Positions 63,931 to 64,000 of a stretch of 64,000 bases of DNA are shown piece by piece. A program made the position numbers and the translations under genes. The DNA comes from Candidatus Magasanikiibacteriota bacterium (lineage in GTDB: Bacteria > Patescibacteriota > Patescibacteriia > Magasanikbacterales > GWA2-37-8), in the NCBI GenBank assembly GCA_026396515.1, contig JAPLWQ010000002.1:257230-321229 (forward strand), read 5' to 3'. The first letter of the stretch is position 1, and each line of letters starts with the position of its first letter. The notes under the pieces are model-generated. The model was not told the origin of the DNA, ran no database searches, and saw only the letters and a list, made by a program, of their open reading frames with translations.

Positions 63931-64000
63931 ATGAACGAAGAAGAAGATTTAGACAATCAAAATCTTAACTATTTCAATAACGATTACCTGTTTTTGATAA
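63931..64000 (+). CDS. Partial 5' end of a CDS running off the window (MNEEEDLDNQNLNYFNNDYLFL...)
   Basis: ATG with an open frame to the window edge. Too short to classify. Confidence 0.25.
   Translation, partial: MNEEEDLDNQNLNYFNNDYLFLI

Overview
This 64-kb window is a gene-dense bacterial chromosomal segment from an AT-moderate genome, embedded with a handful of strikingly GC-rich ORFs. The gene content suggests a small-genome, host-dependent bacterium, possibly CPR/Patescibacteria-like; this is a guess, based on many membrane and hypothetical proteins, few biosynthetic genes and scrambled ribosomal-protein/rpoBC synteny. Confident calls: five tRNAs, recA, ftsK, rpoB, rpoC, yebC, ruvC, ruvA, greA, class II ribonucleotide reductase followed by a PduO-type corrinoid adenosyltransferase, trxB, rpe, rpiB, ileS, gatB, rplA, a DEAD-box helicase, and a complete dTMP-synthesis cluster (dCMP deaminase, dNMP-kinase-like, dut, thyA, folA, tmk). 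Promoters follow a recurrent consensus, TTGACAAAAT-N-TGnTATAAT, and intrinsic terminators are mostly of the form aaacaCC...GGtgttttt. Unusual content: (1) five GC-rich, GC3-rich ORFs with foreign-looking codon usage, each sitting behind a native AT-rich promoter, two of them sharing a conserved 3' module; (2) repeats in the tRNA operon that duplicate tRNA 3' ends plus a spacer; (3) an ~85-nt intergenic repeat present twice; (4) a cluster of three DnaA boxes upstream of rpoB; (5) a T-box-like antiterminator architecture in the ileS leader; (6) a stand-alone GC-rich ~265-nt ncRNA candidate with its own promoter and terminator; (7) an unannotated 46-aa poly-acidic microprotein beside an AmmeMemoRadiSam-like radical SAM gene and a lone receiver domain; (8) an RGG / tandem zinc-ribbon / poly-K protein. 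No CRISPR array, transposase or integrase is visible. All calls rest on motifs I recognise in the supplied translations and on the sequence itself; no database search was run.
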